DNA of 64,000 nt from an uncultured Acidimicrobiia bacterium (GCA_963836205.1 CAWIIV010000008.1:96001-160000), one strand, 5' to 3'; positions 48,310 through 60,151 are shown, counted from the stretch's first letter. Notes: generated by a model from the letters alone, not told the origin. Made by a program: numbers and translations.

Positions 48310-48665
48310 CGGCGAGCCCGCGAACTCGACGCACCGGTCGCCGGCGGGTCCGTCGCCGAGGTTCTCGAACGCTCGCCGGCGCCTAGAGGAGGATAGGGAC
48401 GACCACCACGTGCAGGTCGTCGATGAGCCCGGCCCGGAGATACTGCTGGACGGTGGCCGCTCCCCCGACGATCCGGACGTCGTTGCCGCCGGCGGCCTCT
48501 CGGCCTCGATGCCCCGGCGACGAAGTCGTCCCGCCCTCCATAGGCTGCGACGGACGAGGGTCCTGGGTGAGCACGGACACGGGGTGGTGGTACGGATGGT
48601 CTCCCCCCACCAGCCGGTCCTGTCGTCGTCCACCCCCGGCCCCCGGACTGGGCCGAACATGTCAC
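48310..48665 (-). pseudogene. RibD C-terminal / dihydrofolate reductase-like remnant
   Basis: MFGP.RG...GWWG, PYHHPV.VLT, AAGGNDVRIVGGA.TVQQYL.AGLID.LH split by frameshifts and a stop. Confidence 0.7.
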
Positions 48666-48719
48666 GAAGGCGAGCCCGTGATCGACATTCGCGGTGAACC
48701 CTTCGGCGGCCGCCGCCGG

Positions 48720-49469
48720 TCACCCCGGCGGGCGATGGCCCACGAACAGCTCCCGGGGCGTCCGGTCCTCGGTCGTCTCCTCGGTGACGGCGAGGGCGAC
48801 GAAGCCGGCCGCCACCAGCAGGCGCAGCCAGTCGTCTCGCCCGAACAGGCCCAGGCGGTGGGTCTCGTGCGCCACCTCCACCGGTCCGTCGACCGGGCGG
48901 AGGAGGAAGACGTACTCGGTGAGCGTCCACGTGTCGGCCGGGTCGGGATCCCACGACCACTCCAGGTACCGCACCCCCCGACGGTCGGCGCCGTCGTTGC
49001 CCCCGTGATCGGCCGACTGGACGAAGGTCTCGCGGGTCTCGTCGGGGACGAACACGGCGACGCCACCGGGGCGGCAGTGGACGAACGCGGTCGTGACGGC
49101 CTGGGCCAAGTCGTCCTCGCCGACCATGTAGTCGACCGCGTCGTGGACGAACACCGCGTCGAAGGCGCGCCCGAGGCGGACCGAGCGCATGTCGCCCTGT
49201 CGGTGCTCGCACTCCGGGTTCAGGCCGCGGGACACGTCGAGCATCCCGTCCGAGAGGTCGACCAGAGTCAGGGCGAAGTCGGATTTCAGGTGGACGGCGT
49301 TGTGCCCGCCGCCGCTGCCCAGCTCGAGCACCTCCCGGACAGGGATCGTCGCCGAGCGGAGCACGGACGCGACGAAGGCGGCCTCCTCGGCGTACTCCTC
49401 GGGCGGCGAGATCAACGGCCACCAGGAGGCCAGGTCGTCGTAGAACCGATGGGAGACCGCCTCCGGCAT
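48720..49469 (-). CDS. Class I SAM-dependent methyltransferase
   Basis: VLELGSGGG, LVDLS, GDMR, FDAVFVHDA, RPGG. Confidence 0.88.
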   Translation of the reverse strand: MPEAVSHRFYDDLASWWPLISPPEEYAEEAAFVASVLRSATIPVREVLELGSGGGHNAVHLKSDFALTLVDLSDGMLDVSRGLNPECEHRQGDMRSVRLGRAFDAVFVHDAVDYMVGEDDLAQAVTTAFVHCRPGGVAVFVPDETRETFVQSADHGGNDGADRRGVRYLEWSWDPDPADTWTLTEYVFLLRPVDGPVEVAHETHRLGLFGRDDWLRLLVAAGFVALAVTEETTEDRTPRELFVGHRPPG

Positions 49470-49535
49470 CCACCCATCGTAAGGTCCCGACCGACCCCTC
49501 CTCATCGGTCGGAGGCGGCAGCGTAGGGTGTCGGC

Positions 49536-49736
49536 GTGACTCCGAAGAAGGGCATCCTCGGCACCGGCATGACGCTCGACATGGTGATGTGCCTCGTCCT
49601 GGTGGGCTTCGGCCTCGCCCTGTCGGTCGTGGCCGTCATCAACGGTGGCGTGTGGTTGCTGCTCCTGCTGCTGGGCGTCCTTCTCCTCGGCCTCGGCGGC
49701 GCCGGCGTGGTGCTGGCCTGGCGCAATCGGCTCTAG
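49536..49736 (+). CDS. Small membrane protein
   Basis: Two hydrophobic segments, 66 aa. Confidence 0.55.
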   Translation: MTPKKGILGTGMTLDMVMCLVLVGFGLALSVVAVINGGVWLLLLLLGVLLLGLGGAGVVLAWRNRL

Positions 49737-49766
49737 CCGGGTCCGGCCCCGTCCGTCAGGCCGGGG

Positions 49767-51413
49767 TCAACCGCCGAGCGCGGGGCTCAGGCACTGCAGC
49801 GCGCTCCTGAGGGCGGTCACATCCGCCCCACCCACGCTGACGCCGAGGGCGGTGAACAGCGGCGTCAGCACACTGCTGTCGACGTTGCCGAGGATGGCGG
49901 GGAGGGCCGCCAGCACCGCGGTCACGATCGAGCCACTGGACAGCCCGAGAGGGATCGCGCCGAGCACGGTGATGGTGCCCGTCGTGTAGGTCGTCAGGCC
50001 CTGGAGGCCGATCGGCTGCGAGCCGACATGCTTGGAGAAGGCCGGAGGGGCGAACTCGGCGGGGTAGGCGAACGTGAGGTTGGAGGGCGCCCCGTTCACC
50101 GTGGGGGTGAGGGTGGTGAGGCCGATGTCGAGGAGGGGAATGCCGAGGAGCCGCACCCGGAGGGTCGAGACCTGGGCCGTACCGGCAAAGGCGGTCGGGT
50201 CGACGGTGACGGTGATGCCCGAGCACGTGGCGGCGGTGAGCGTGCCGGAGGCACCGGCAAGAGTGAGTCGTACCGGCAGGGCGTTGGTGACGCTCAGGAG
50301 GGAGAGTCCGAGGGACAGGTTCAGGTTGAGGGTCGGCGTGACCGTCAACTGGATCTGGCCGGTCGAGACCGAACCGCCGACCGGTCCGATGTAGATCTGC
50401 GGTACCTCGAGGACCCTCAGGCTGAGGGCCGTGCTCGACACGTTGGGCACGGTGATGCCGACGTTGGTGAGCGTCAGGAAATTGCTGCCGTTGACCAACA
50501 GTGCCGAGCCAGTCACCAGCTGGAGCAGGTTGAGGGAGCTGCCCAGGGCCGCGTTCTCGCCCCCCTGGGCGACCTTGATCATGCCCCCGAGCGCCATTTG
50601 CACCGACGAGGTGGCGGCGATGCGCAAGGTGTTGAACAGGGTCGCGTTGGCGGTGTCACCCTGCAGGGTGAGGGTGTTGGCGGTCGCCTGGTAGAGCTGG
50701 GCGAGCGTCATGTTGGCGCTCAGCAGCTGGCTCACCGTCCCCACGCTGAAGCCCATGCTGGCCAGCTGGGTCTGCAGTGCTGTCACCCCCACCGTCCCGG
50801 TGGCCAGGCCCTGCCAGCTCACGAGCGAGAGGCTCAGGGCTCCGCCACCGATGGCCTGGCTGATCAGCGGGTTGAGGAGTGTCGACGACGACGTGTTGAG
50901 GCTGACCAGCGACGACCCGATGGTGAATCCGGCGAGGGGCTTGATCAGGCTGACCGACCTCCGGGTGACGGGGTCGCCACCGCCGACGAACGGGAAGGCG
51001 TTGTGGTGGGGTGAGGTAGCCGACACCCGCACTGCGGTCGCCGCCGCCAAGTTGGCCACCAGCGACGTGAAGGGGCCGAGGATGGTGGGCCCCCACTCGA
51101 CGGCGAGGGAGTAGCCGCTGGTCGCGTAGGGGAAGTTGTTGCGGGTGGCGCTGGCCCGGGCGGTGGAGGTGGGGTTGACGGGCAGGACCCGGGCCGCGTC
51201 GAGCGCGGCCATGTCGGCGACCAGCTGGTTCCTGCGGGCGGTCTGGGCCGCGGTTCCGAGGTCGATGGCCAGGCTGGCCGCCACCAGGACGACCACCATG
51301 CTCATCGCCGCCATGACCAGGATCGCGCCCCGCTCGTCGCGCTGGACGAAGCGCCTGCCAAGGCGCGCCATCCGGCCGTCACCAGCGTTGGTCCTCAGCC
51401 TGACATCGTCCAT
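49767..51413 (-). CDS. TadG-like pilus-associated protein
   Basis: RDERGAIL prepilin-like motif, hydrophobic helix, AIDLG, Q.VAD.AAL.AA. Confidence 0.75.
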   Translation of the reverse strand: MDDVRLRTNAGDGRMARLGRRFVQRDERGAILVMAAMSMVVVLVAASLAIDLGTAAQTARRNQLVADMAALDAARVLPVNPTSTARASATRNNFPYATSGYSLAVEWGPTILGPFTSLVANLAAATAVRVSATSPHHNAFPFVGGGDPVTRRSVSLIKPLAGFTIGSSLVSLNTSSSTLLNPLISQAIGGGALSLSLVSWQGLATGTVGVTALQTQLASMGFSVGTVSQLLSANMTLAQLYQATANTLTLQGDTANATLFNTLRIAATSSVQMALGGMIKVAQGGENAALGSSLNLLQLVTGSALLVNGSNFLTLTNVGITVPNVSSTALSLRVLEVPQIYIGPVGGSVSTGQIQLTVTPTLNLNLSLGLSLLSVTNALPVRLTLAGASGTLTAATCSGITVTVDPTAFAGTAQVSTLRVRLLGIPLLDIGLTTLTPTVNGAPSNLTFAYPAEFAPPAFSKHVGSQPIGLQGLTTYTTGTITVLGAIPLGLSSGSIVTAVLAALPAILGNVDSSVLTPLFTALGVSVGGADVTALRSALQCLSPALGG

Positions 51414-51556
51414 ATCCGGCGCTTTCGGCACGCGCCATTGGCGTCTTGAGACGGCGCCGGCAGACTGATCCGATCGACCTACGACCCGGCCGGTACGGTT
51501 GACGGCCGATGTGCGGGACGTCCTCTCTCCCTCCCGCGGGCGCATCCGGCGGCGCC

Positions 51557-52279
51557 GTGACCGTCGGCTACGACACCGAGTTGGCCCGCGCCCACCACGA
51601 GGGCTTCGGCCAGATCGCCCGGGAGGCGGCGGCCACGCTGCTCGTGGGCTTGGCCGACAGCGGCATCGTCACGGGGCTGGTGGTCGACCTCGGCTCGGGC
51701 TCGGGCATCCTCGCCCGGCTCGTCACCGACGCCGGGTTCGAGGCCCTGGGGTTCGACCTCTCCGAGGCCATGGTGACCCTGGCCGCGGCGCACGCCCCCG
51801 CCGCCCGCTTCGTCCGGGCACCCGTGCTCGACGCCGACCTCCCGGCATGCGTGGCCGTGACCGCCATCGGCGAGGTGTTCAACTACGCCTTCGACCCTCG
51901 CACCGACCTCGACCACCTGGGACCGCTCCTCCGGCGCATCCACCAGGCGCTGGAACCGGGCGGCCTGGCGCTCTTCGACGTCGCCGGCCCCGGTCGGTGC
52001 GGCCCCACCGGCCGGCGGGAGACGGTCGCCGAGTCCGACGGGTGGAAGCTCCGATCGGTCGCCGAGGAAGACCCGGACGGGTCGACCCTCGTCCGCCACA
52101 TCTCCCTCGTCGCGGCCGACGGCACCCACCACGAGGAGACCCACGTGCTCCGCCTGTACCGGCCCGACGACGTGGCCGAGGCGGTGGCCGGGGCCGGCTT
52201 CGGCGACGTCCGCCGGCTCGACCGCTACCGGCGGTTCGAGCTCCCGGCCGGCCTCCACGGGTTCCTGGCCCGGGCATGA
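51557..52279 (+). CDS. Class I SAM-dependent methyltransferase
   Basis: VVDLGSGSG, GFDLS, LEPGG. Confidence 0.85.
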   Translation: MTVGYDTELARAHHEGFGQIAREAAATLLVGLADSGIVTGLVVDLGSGSGILARLVTDAGFEALGFDLSEAMVTLAAAHAPAARFVRAPVLDADLPACVAVTAIGEVFNYAFDPRTDLDHLGPLLRRIHQALEPGGLALFDVAGPGRCGPTGRRETVAESDGWKLRSVAEEDPDGSTLVRHISLVAADGTHHEETHVLRLYRPDDVAEAVAGAGFGDVRRLDRYRRFELPAGLHGFLARA

Positions 52280-52893
52280 CCTCGACGGGGCTGGTCGCCG
52301 ACGACGACGGTGCCGTCCGCTGCCCGTGGGGGTCGGCCCCGCCCGAGTACCGCCGCTACCACGACGACGAGTGGGGCCGGCCGGTCGTCGACGACACCCG
52401 GCTGTTCGAGAAGCTGTGCCTGGAGGGGTTCCAGGCCGGCCTGTCGTGGCTGACCATCCTGCGCAAGCGGGACGCCTTCCGGCGGGCGTTCGCCGGCTTC
52501 GACCCCGCCGCCGTGGTCGCATTCGGCCCGCCCGATGTCGACCGCCTCCTCGCCGACGCGGCCATCGTCCGCCACCGGGGCAAGATCGAGGCCACCATCG
52601 CCAACGCGGGGGCGACACTGGCCGTCCAGGAGGCGGAGGGGTCGCTGGCCGCCCTCGTCTGGCGCTTCGAGCCCCCGGCCCGGCCGCCGCCGTCGACGCT
52701 CGGCGACCTGCCCACGAGCACCCCCGAGTCGGTGGCCCTCAGCCGGGAGCTGCGCCACCGGGGGTTCCGATTCGTGGGTCCGACCACGGTGTACGCGGCC
52801 ATGCAATCGCTGGGACTGGTCGACGACCACCTGGCCGACTGCCACGTCCGGGCGGCGGTCGAGGCCGAACGCAACACCCTCCGCCGGCCCTAG
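52276..52893 (+). CDS. tag: DNA-3-methyladenine glycosylase I
   Basis: RCPW, YHDDEWG, LEGFQAGLSW, IVRHRGKI, FRFVGPTT, DDHL..C. Confidence 0.93.
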   Translation: MTSTGLVADDDGAVRCPWGSAPPEYRRYHDDEWGRPVVDDTRLFEKLCLEGFQAGLSWLTILRKRDAFRRAFAGFDPAAVVAFGPPDVDRLLADAAIVRHRGKIEATIANAGATLAVQEAEGSLAALVWRFEPPARPPPSTLGDLPTSTPESVALSRELRHRGFRFVGPTTVYAAMQSLGLVDDHLADCHVRAAVEAERNTLRRP

Positions 52894-52943
52894 CCGCCAC
52901 TCCACAAGCACCGGAAAGCGGGACCGAAAATGTCCGAGAAAAT

Positions 52944-52992
52944 GCTTGTGCACGGATTCACATGGGCGTACATTGTGAATGCATGCACAAGC
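52944..52992 (+). promoter_or_regulatory. sigmaA-like promoter embedded in a nested palindrome upstream of whiB
   Basis: TTGTGC(52946-51)-N17-TACATT(52969-74); IR arms GCTTGTGCA/TGCACAAGC and ATTCACA/TGTGAAT. Confidence 0.6.
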
Positions 52993-53014
52993 TCGCCTGC
53001 GCCGGGAGGTCGTG

Positions 53015-53335
53015 ATGGCAGCAGAACCCGCTCGTCCCCGTCTCAGGGTTGCTCCCGGTTCGCCGGCCAGCTTCGACGACCCGAACGGCTGGCGGAAGGA
53101 CGCGCTCTGCCGAGGCGTCGACACCGACCTGTTCTTCCCCGCCGGCGAGCTGGGCGAGGAGCCGGTGCAGCACGCCGAGGCGGCCAAGGCGGTCTGCTTC
53201 CGCTGCCCCGTGCGGGAAGAGTGCCTGGAGTACGCCCTGGCCACCGACCAGCCCTTCGGCGTGTGGGGCGGCACCAACGAAGCCGAGCGACGGTCGATCC
53301 GTCGCCGCCGCCGGAGGCGACCAGTCGCATCGTAG
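53015..53335 (+). CDS. WhiB-family Fe-S transcriptional regulator
   Basis: W...ALC, LFFP, AKAVCFRCPVREEC, GVWGG, basic C-terminus. Confidence 0.93.
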   Translation: MAAEPARPRLRVAPGSPASFDDPNGWRKDALCRGVDTDLFFPAGELGEEPVQHAEAAKAVCFRCPVREECLEYALATDQPFGVWGGTNEAERRSIRRRRRRRPVAS

Positions 53336-53374
53336 GGAGGGCCAGAACCTCCCCGGATGGCGGTGCGCGGCGCC

Positions 53375-53956
53375 TACGTCGCGATCACCTGCGCAGGCAG
53401 CCGAGGAGGACGTTGGACCCGGCGGCCTGGTTGAGGGCGAAGGCGCAGATGCTGGGGCCCCGGCCGGCACGCCGGCGAGGAAGGCCTCGAACCCGTGGTC
53501 GGGCCCGTAGCCGGGGATCACGGCGGCGACGTCGATCCGACTCTTGTTGGCGGCGGTCGCCCCGATGAAGACGCCGTCGGCGTACACATACACCGTCACC
53601 GGCCCGGCGACGTCGGGGTCGATCGCCCATCCCCACACCGCCACACCGTTCTCACTCAGCGGGAAGGTGAACTCGAGCGACCCCATCGGGTCGAAGGCGA
53701 CGGAGACGTTCTTGCACGCGAGGAACCGGTTGGTCCCGTGCCCCTGGTTCAGGGCCAGGACGCAGACGTTGTGGGTACCGGCCGCGACGGCGACGAGCCT
53801 GAAGCAGTGGCGGTCTCCCGTGCCGGGCAGGGCGACGCCCACGTCGGTCCGGAGTTGGCTGGCCGCCCACGCCTGGCGGACGGTCCCGTCCACGTAGACC
53901 TGCACCGTCACCGGTCCGGCGATGTCGTAGTCGATGGCCCAGCCGGACACGAGCAC
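53375..53956 (-). pseudogene. Fragment of a secreted-protein repeat domain (GWAIDPD repeats)
   Basis: Two repeats V.GWAID.D...PVTV.VY.DG...R.DV; frameshift near 53460; no signal peptide. Confidence 0.5.
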
Positions 53957-53997
53957 GCCAGCCCGCCAGCCGTTAGCGGCAGGCGGGCGGGGCGGAG

Positions 53998-54585
53998 TCA
54001 GTCGGTGATCGGGCGGCGGTTGGCGGCGCGAAGGGTGTGGACGCCCAAGAGCATCGCGAGGAGGCCGGCAGCTATCAGGGCGGGCGTCGGCGAGCCGGTG
54101 CGGGCCAGGGGCTCTCGCACGATGATGGCGGGGATGGTCGTTGCGGGCGTGGCCACCACGGTGACGATCGTCGCCGGCACGACGATGGTGATGGGTGTCG
54201 GCGCCTGCACTGTGAACAGACCGAGGCTCTGGTGGCAGGTGTCGTCGGGGCCTTCGCCGAACACGGTGATCTCGTTCTGCCCGAGCGGCGTGGCGAACGG
54301 GAGCTGGAGCGTGACGCTGTAGGTGCCGGTGGTCGATGAGGCGGTGGAGGCGAGCACGACCGGCGGGTTGAAGAGCCCGATCCCCAGCACCTGGTTGGCG
54401 GCGAAGCCGCTACCAGTGATGATGAGCGACCCGCCCGGCAGCACCGACGTGGGGGCCACCGTCGCCGGCGAGGCGGTATGCGCCCCGGCACAGTCGATCT
54501 GGGCCGACGCCGGGCCCGCGGTGGTCACGACGCAGAAGACCGCCATCGCCAACGCAGCGGATGCTGCCCAAATCCGTCTCGTCAC
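53998..54585 (-). CDS. Secreted, sortase-anchored-like protein
   Basis: Signal peptide (..PASA|Q), LARTG motif followed by a TM segment and basic tail. Confidence 0.7.
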   Translation of the reverse strand: MTRRIWAASAALAMAVFCVVTTAGPASAQIDCAGAHTASPATVAPTSVLPGGSLIITGSGFAANQVLGIGLFNPPVVLASTASSTTGTYSVTLQLPFATPLGQNEITVFGEGPDDTCHQSLGLFTVQAPTPITIVVPATIVTVVATPATTIPAIIVREPLARTGSPTPALIAAGLLAMLLGVHTLRAANRRPITD

Positions 54586-54719
54586 GGTCCCCACTCCCCC
54601 TGGTCGGTGCAGATGGCGCAAGACTATGCAGACTCCGCCCGCCGTGCGCAGAAACGACGGAGGGCGCCGGCACGTGCCGGCGCCCTCCTCACAACTGATC
54701 CGCCCGCAGGCGGGACGAG

Positions 54720-55160
54720 CTACGCCTTGTGGCTCTCTTCGTACCGCTCGCCGTGGGGCTTCTCAGCCGCGTACGAGTGCATGGTGTAGGCGATGTGACG
54801 GTCGTTCAGCTCGGTGCGGTCGAGGCGGAAACCGGGCTCCTCCTCAGGACGGTTGACGATGAACGACAGCGCCGTCGTCTGCTTGGTGTAGGTCCGGTTG
54901 TACCCGTTCACCTTGATGTAGCTGTTGGGGTACGCCTTGCGGCAGGCCGCCACCTCGGAGAAGGCAGCAGCCCCGTCCTTGGTGTCGAACATCGGCAGGC
55001 CCCACATGTCCCAGTAGGCGTTGCGGGGGTGAGGGTCGTCGGTGAACTCGATCGAGACGGCCCAGTTGTTGTCGATGCAGTACTGGATCTGGAGCTTGAT
55101 CTCGTCGTCGGTCAGCTCGGGCAGCGTCGAGAACGTGCCCTGGCGGATGCGGATTCCCAT
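54720..55160 (-). CDS. cbbS: RuBisCO small subunit
   Basis: [46 protein letters not shown] (red-type). Confidence 0.96.
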   Translation of the reverse strand: MGIRIRQGTFSTLPELTDDEIKLQIQYCIDNNWAVSIEFTDDPHPRNAYWDMWGLPMFDTKDGAAAFSEVAACRKAYPNSYIKVNGYNRTYTKQTTALSFIVNRPEEEPGFRLDRTELNDRHIAYTMHSYAAEKPHGERYEESHKA

Positions 55161-55173
55161 GATTCCTCCTGCC

Positions 55174-56712
<1,539 letters not shown>

Positions 56713-56746
56713 CTAGTGTGCCCCACCGTCGGTTCACCTGTCCATG

Positions 56747-56774
56747 TTGAATTCTCTTTTGGGCAGGGTATATT
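56747..56774 (+). promoter_or_regulatory. Putative promoter giving a leaderless cbbR mRNA
   Basis: TTGAAT-N16-TATATT ending 6 nt before GTG 56781; no SD. Confidence 0.55.
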
Positions 56775-56780
56775 GTTCAG

Positions 56781-57704
56781 GTGACGTTTAATCAGCTTCG
56801 GACGTTCCTGGCGGTCGTCGACAGTGGCTCGGTCACCGACGCGGCTGACAGCCTGCTCGTCAGCCCGCCGGCGGTGTCCGCCGCCCTGGCCTCGCTCCAA
56901 GCCGAGCTGGGCGTGGCCCTGGTGGCTCGGGTCGGGCGGGGCGTGGCCATCACCGCCGCCGGCGCCGTGTTCGCCCCCTACGCCCGGGGCGTGCTCCGGG
57001 TGGCCGAGGAGGGCATGGCCGCGGCCCGGGAGGCGCTCGACCCCGAGCGGGGCCGGGTCCGGCTGGCGGCGGTGACCACCGCCGGCGAGCACGTGCTGCC
57101 CAAGTTCCTGGCGTCGTTCCGGGCCCGCCACCCGCAGGCCGAGGTGTCGTTGGAGGTGGGCAACCGAGAGCGGCTGTGGGAGTTGCTGGCCGAGCGGGAG
57201 GTCGACCTCGCCATCGGCGGCCGGCCGCCGGGCGGGGGGCGATTCGTCTCCCGGGCCACCCGGCCCAACGTCCTGGTGATGGTGGCCGCCGCCCGGCCGG
57301 ACTCCGAAGGGGTCCGGGAGGTGTCGGTCGACGAGCTGGCCCGGCAGGTCCTCCTCCTGCGGGAGCCGGGCTCGGGCACCCGCAGCACCGCGGTGGAGCT
57401 GTTCGACGAGCTGGGCATCTCCCCCGCCGCCACTCTGACCCTCGGGTCGAACGGTGCCCTGCGGGAGTCGGTGCAGGTGGGGCTGGGCATCACCCTCATC
57501 TCCCGCGACGCGGTGGCCCGCGAGCTCGACGAGGGCACGCTGGAGGAGTGGCGATGCACCGCCCTCCCCCGCTTCCGGGCCTGGCACCTGGTCTCCCGTG
57601 CCGAGGAGGACCTTCCCCCCACCGCCGGGCTGTTCCTGGCCCACGTCACCGCCGACCCCGCCGAGGGCTTCGTCCTGGTGGCTCCCCCACCCCCGGCCGG
57701 GTAG
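56781..57704 (+). CDS. cbbR: LysR-type regulator divergent from cbbL
   Basis: TFNQLRTF...S.T.AA..L.VS.PAVS HTH; REPGSGTR; position relative to cbbL. Confidence 0.9.
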   Translation: MTFNQLRTFLAVVDSGSVTDAADSLLVSPPAVSAALASLQAELGVALVARVGRGVAITAAGAVFAPYARGVLRVAEEGMAAAREALDPERGRVRLAAVTTAGEHVLPKFLASFRARHPQAEVSLEVGNRERLWELLAEREVDLAIGGRPPGGGRFVSRATRPNVLVMVAAARPDSEGVREVSVDELARQVLLLREPGSGTRSTAVELFDELGISPAATLTLGSNGALRESVQVGLGITLISRDAVARELDEGTLEEWRCTALPRFRAWHLVSRAEEDLPPTAGLFLAHVTADPAEGFVLVAPPPPAG

Positions 57705-57768
57705 GGTCGATGGCCGTCTACGAGGCTGCAAAACCCGAGTTCGGGAAACCCCTAGGAGGACCCCCCGC

Positions 57769-58827
57769 ATGAGCAGTTCGGATCTCGCCGCTGTCGCCAA
57801 CGCCATGGTCGCCGACGGCAAGGGCATCCTGGCCGCCGACGAGAGCGGTGCCACGATCGGTAAACGCTTCGCCGCCCTCGACATCGAGTCCACCGAGGAG
57901 AACCGCCGCCTGTACCGCACGACGCTGATGGGCACCGCGGGCATCGAGAACGTCGTGAGCGGCGTCATCCTCTACGACGAGACGATCCGCCAGAAGGCCG
58001 ACGACGGCTCGACCATCCCCGAGTTCCTGGTCGCCAAGGGCATCCTTCCCGGCATCAAGGTCGACACCGGCTCCAAGCCCCTCCCCCTTTGCGACGGCGA
58101 GCAGGTCACCGAGGGCCTCGACGGACTCCGCGAGCGCATCGCCGAGTACGTCAGCCTGGGCGCCAAGTTCGCCAAGTGGCGGGCGGTCATCGTCATCGAC
58201 TCCAAGAACGGCCTGCCCAGCGACACCGCCATCCGCTGCAACGCCCACGCCCTGGCCCGCTACGGCGCCCTGTGCCAGGAGGGGGGCCTGGTGCCGATCA
58301 TCGAGCCCGAGGTCCTCATGGACGGCGAGAACGACATCGACACCTGCTACGAGGTCACCCTCAAGACCCAGCGCCGGGTGTTCTGGGAGCTGGCCCAGCT
58401 GCGGGTCGAGCTCGAGGGCATGATCCTCAAGCCCAACATGGTGGTCTCGGGCAAGAAGTGCGCCACCCAGGCCGGTCCCGAGGAAGTGGCCGAGAAGACC
58501 CTCCGTTGCCTCTACCACTCGGTGCCGCCGGCCGTCCCCGGCATCGCCTTCCTGTCCGGTGGGCAGTCGGCCGACCTCGCCACCCTGCACCTCGACCTCA
58601 TGAACAAGCAGGGCCCGCACCCGTGGCAGCTCACGTTCTCCTACGGCCGTGCCCTCCAGGACGAGGCCCTGCGCACCTGGCGGGGCTCGCCCGACAACGT
58701 GGCCGAGGCCCAGAAGGTCTTCACCCACCGGGCCGCCCTCACCGGCGCCGCCCGCACCGCCACCTACGACCCCAGCCTGGAGAGCGGCGACCTCGCCCTC
58801 GCCGCGGCCACAGCCACCCAGGACTGA
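57769..58827 (+). CDS. Class I fructose-bisphosphate aldolase
   Basis: GKGILAADES, GIKVDTG, FAKWR, VPIIEPE, LKPNMV, FLSGGQS, TFSYGRALQ. Confidence 0.95.
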   Translation: MSSSDLAAVANAMVADGKGILAADESGATIGKRFAALDIESTEENRRLYRTTLMGTAGIENVVSGVILYDETIRQKADDGSTIPEFLVAKGILPGIKVDTGSKPLPLCDGEQVTEGLDGLRERIAEYVSLGAKFAKWRAVIVIDSKNGLPSDTAIRCNAHALARYGALCQEGGLVPIIEPEVLMDGENDIDTCYEVTLKTQRRVFWELAQLRVELEGMILKPNMVVSGKKCATQAGPEEVAEKTLRCLYHSVPPAVPGIAFLSGGQSADLATLHLDLMNKQGPHPWQLTFSYGRALQDEALRTWRGSPDNVAEAQKVFTHRAALTGAARTATYDPSLESGDLALAAATATQD

Positions 58828-58914
58828 CCCACCCAGTCTTCGGGAACGGGTGAGAGCGGGCGGCTCCGGCCGCCCGTTCTCCGCGTCCGAGCGGCCGCGC
58901 GTCATGCTGGTGGG

Positions 58915-59574
58915 ATGGCGGACGGGGACGGACACGGCGGGCCCGAGCTGAACGAGGACTACGACCTGGGCGGATGGACCGCAGAGCAGCGGGCTGCCCT
59001 CGACCTGCTGATCGTCCGGGCCGAGATACCCCACGGCTGGGCCGGGCCCGTGCTCCGTGTGCCCGCCGATCGCACGGCCGAGGTCGACGGCCTGATCGGG
59101 CGGGTCCGCCAACCCCGCCGCGATGTCATTGACCGAGCGGTGAGCGAGCCGCCGCAGGTGGGTCAGCCGGCGGGGCCGGGGGCGAGGCTGCTGGGGGCGT
59201 TGATCGACACCGTCGTGGTGGTGCTCGTCTCGATGGTCGGGCTGCAGCTGGACGCAGGTCGGTTCGGCGCCACGGTCCTGGTCGCGGCATACGAGGTCGT
59301 CGCCGTCGCCGTCTGGGGCCGCACCCTCGGCAAGCTCGCGGTCGGCACCCGGGTCGTCAGCGCCAGGGACGGCGGCTTCCCCGGGTGGGGTTCGGCGCTC
59401 GTGCGCTGGGCCGTCCCCGCCGCTCCGACTCTGGTGGGGCTGGCCTGGTCCTCGTCGGTGCCCGACCTGCTCAGCTTTCCCTGGGCGATCGCCGTCTACG
59501 GAGGGGTCCTGTGGGACCCCCACCGCCAGGGCCTGCACGACAAGGCTGCCGGCACCCTCGTCGTCAACGCCTGA
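58915..59574 (+). CDS. RDD-family membrane protein
   Basis: RLLGALID, GRTLGK, RQGLHDKAAGT.VV. Confidence 0.8.
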   Translation: MADGDGHGGPELNEDYDLGGWTAEQRAALDLLIVRAEIPHGWAGPVLRVPADRTAEVDGLIGRVRQPRRDVIDRAVSEPPQVGQPAGPGARLLGALIDTVVVVLVSMVGLQLDAGRFGATVLVAAYEVVAVAVWGRTLGKLAVGTRVVSARDGGFPGWGSALVRWAVPAAPTLVGLAWSSSVPDLLSFPWAIAVYGGVLWDPHRQGLHDKAAGTLVVNA

Positions 59575-59577
59575 AGG

Positions 59578-59760
59578 TCAGGCAGGCGAGTCCGAGGCCG
59601 AGGCGGGATCATCGACTCCGTCCCGCCCGGCGATCGCCTCCCGGGCGAAGGCGATGGCCTCCTCCAGCCAGGCCAGGCGTTGCTCGGGGGTTGTGTCCAA
59701 CCAGGCCTCCTCCTGGGCCCGCCGTGCGCCCGCCCAACCGCCGGCGTCCCAGTCGGTCAC
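59578..59760 (-). CDS. Small protein (TPEQRLAWL), probable partner of the nucleotidyltransferase
   Basis: GTGA overlap with the upstream gene; short helical protein. Confidence 0.55.
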   Translation of the reverse strand: MTDWDAGGWAGARRAQEEAWLDTTPEQRLAWLEEAIAFAREAIAGRDGVDDPASASDSPA

Positions 59761-60151
59761 CGGCCGGCGGCCTTGATCCGCTCGAGTGCCTCCACATCGG
59801 CCAGGTCCTGGGCGCGCCCCGCCGCTCGCTTCATGGTGAGCAGGTCGTCGATGGATGCGACCCGTACGGGGATCGGCCCGAGCGTGACCGGCTGGGCCCG
59901 GGCCCACAGGTCGTCGAACGGGATGGGATCCTCGGCGAAGTCTCGGGCGTCGACCGGAAGCAGAGGAGCGAGCCCGACGGCCGTGGTGCCTCGACGGCGC
60001 GGCCCGGGTTGTCGGCGGTCAGGTCGAGGGCGACGTCGAGGTCGGCGGTGAAGCGTGGGTGGCCGTGGAGCACCACCGCCACCCCGCCCACGACGACGAA
60101 TCTGACGCCGCTGGCGGTGAGCGCGGCGAGGAGCGGCTCGAAGATCCTCAC
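59757..60151 (-). pseudogene. Nucleotidyltransferase (AbiEii/MNT-like), frameshifted or internally deleted
   Basis: FVVVGGVAV.LHG.PR.T.DLD; later ASIDDLL.MK...GR.QD..D in another frame. Confidence 0.7.
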
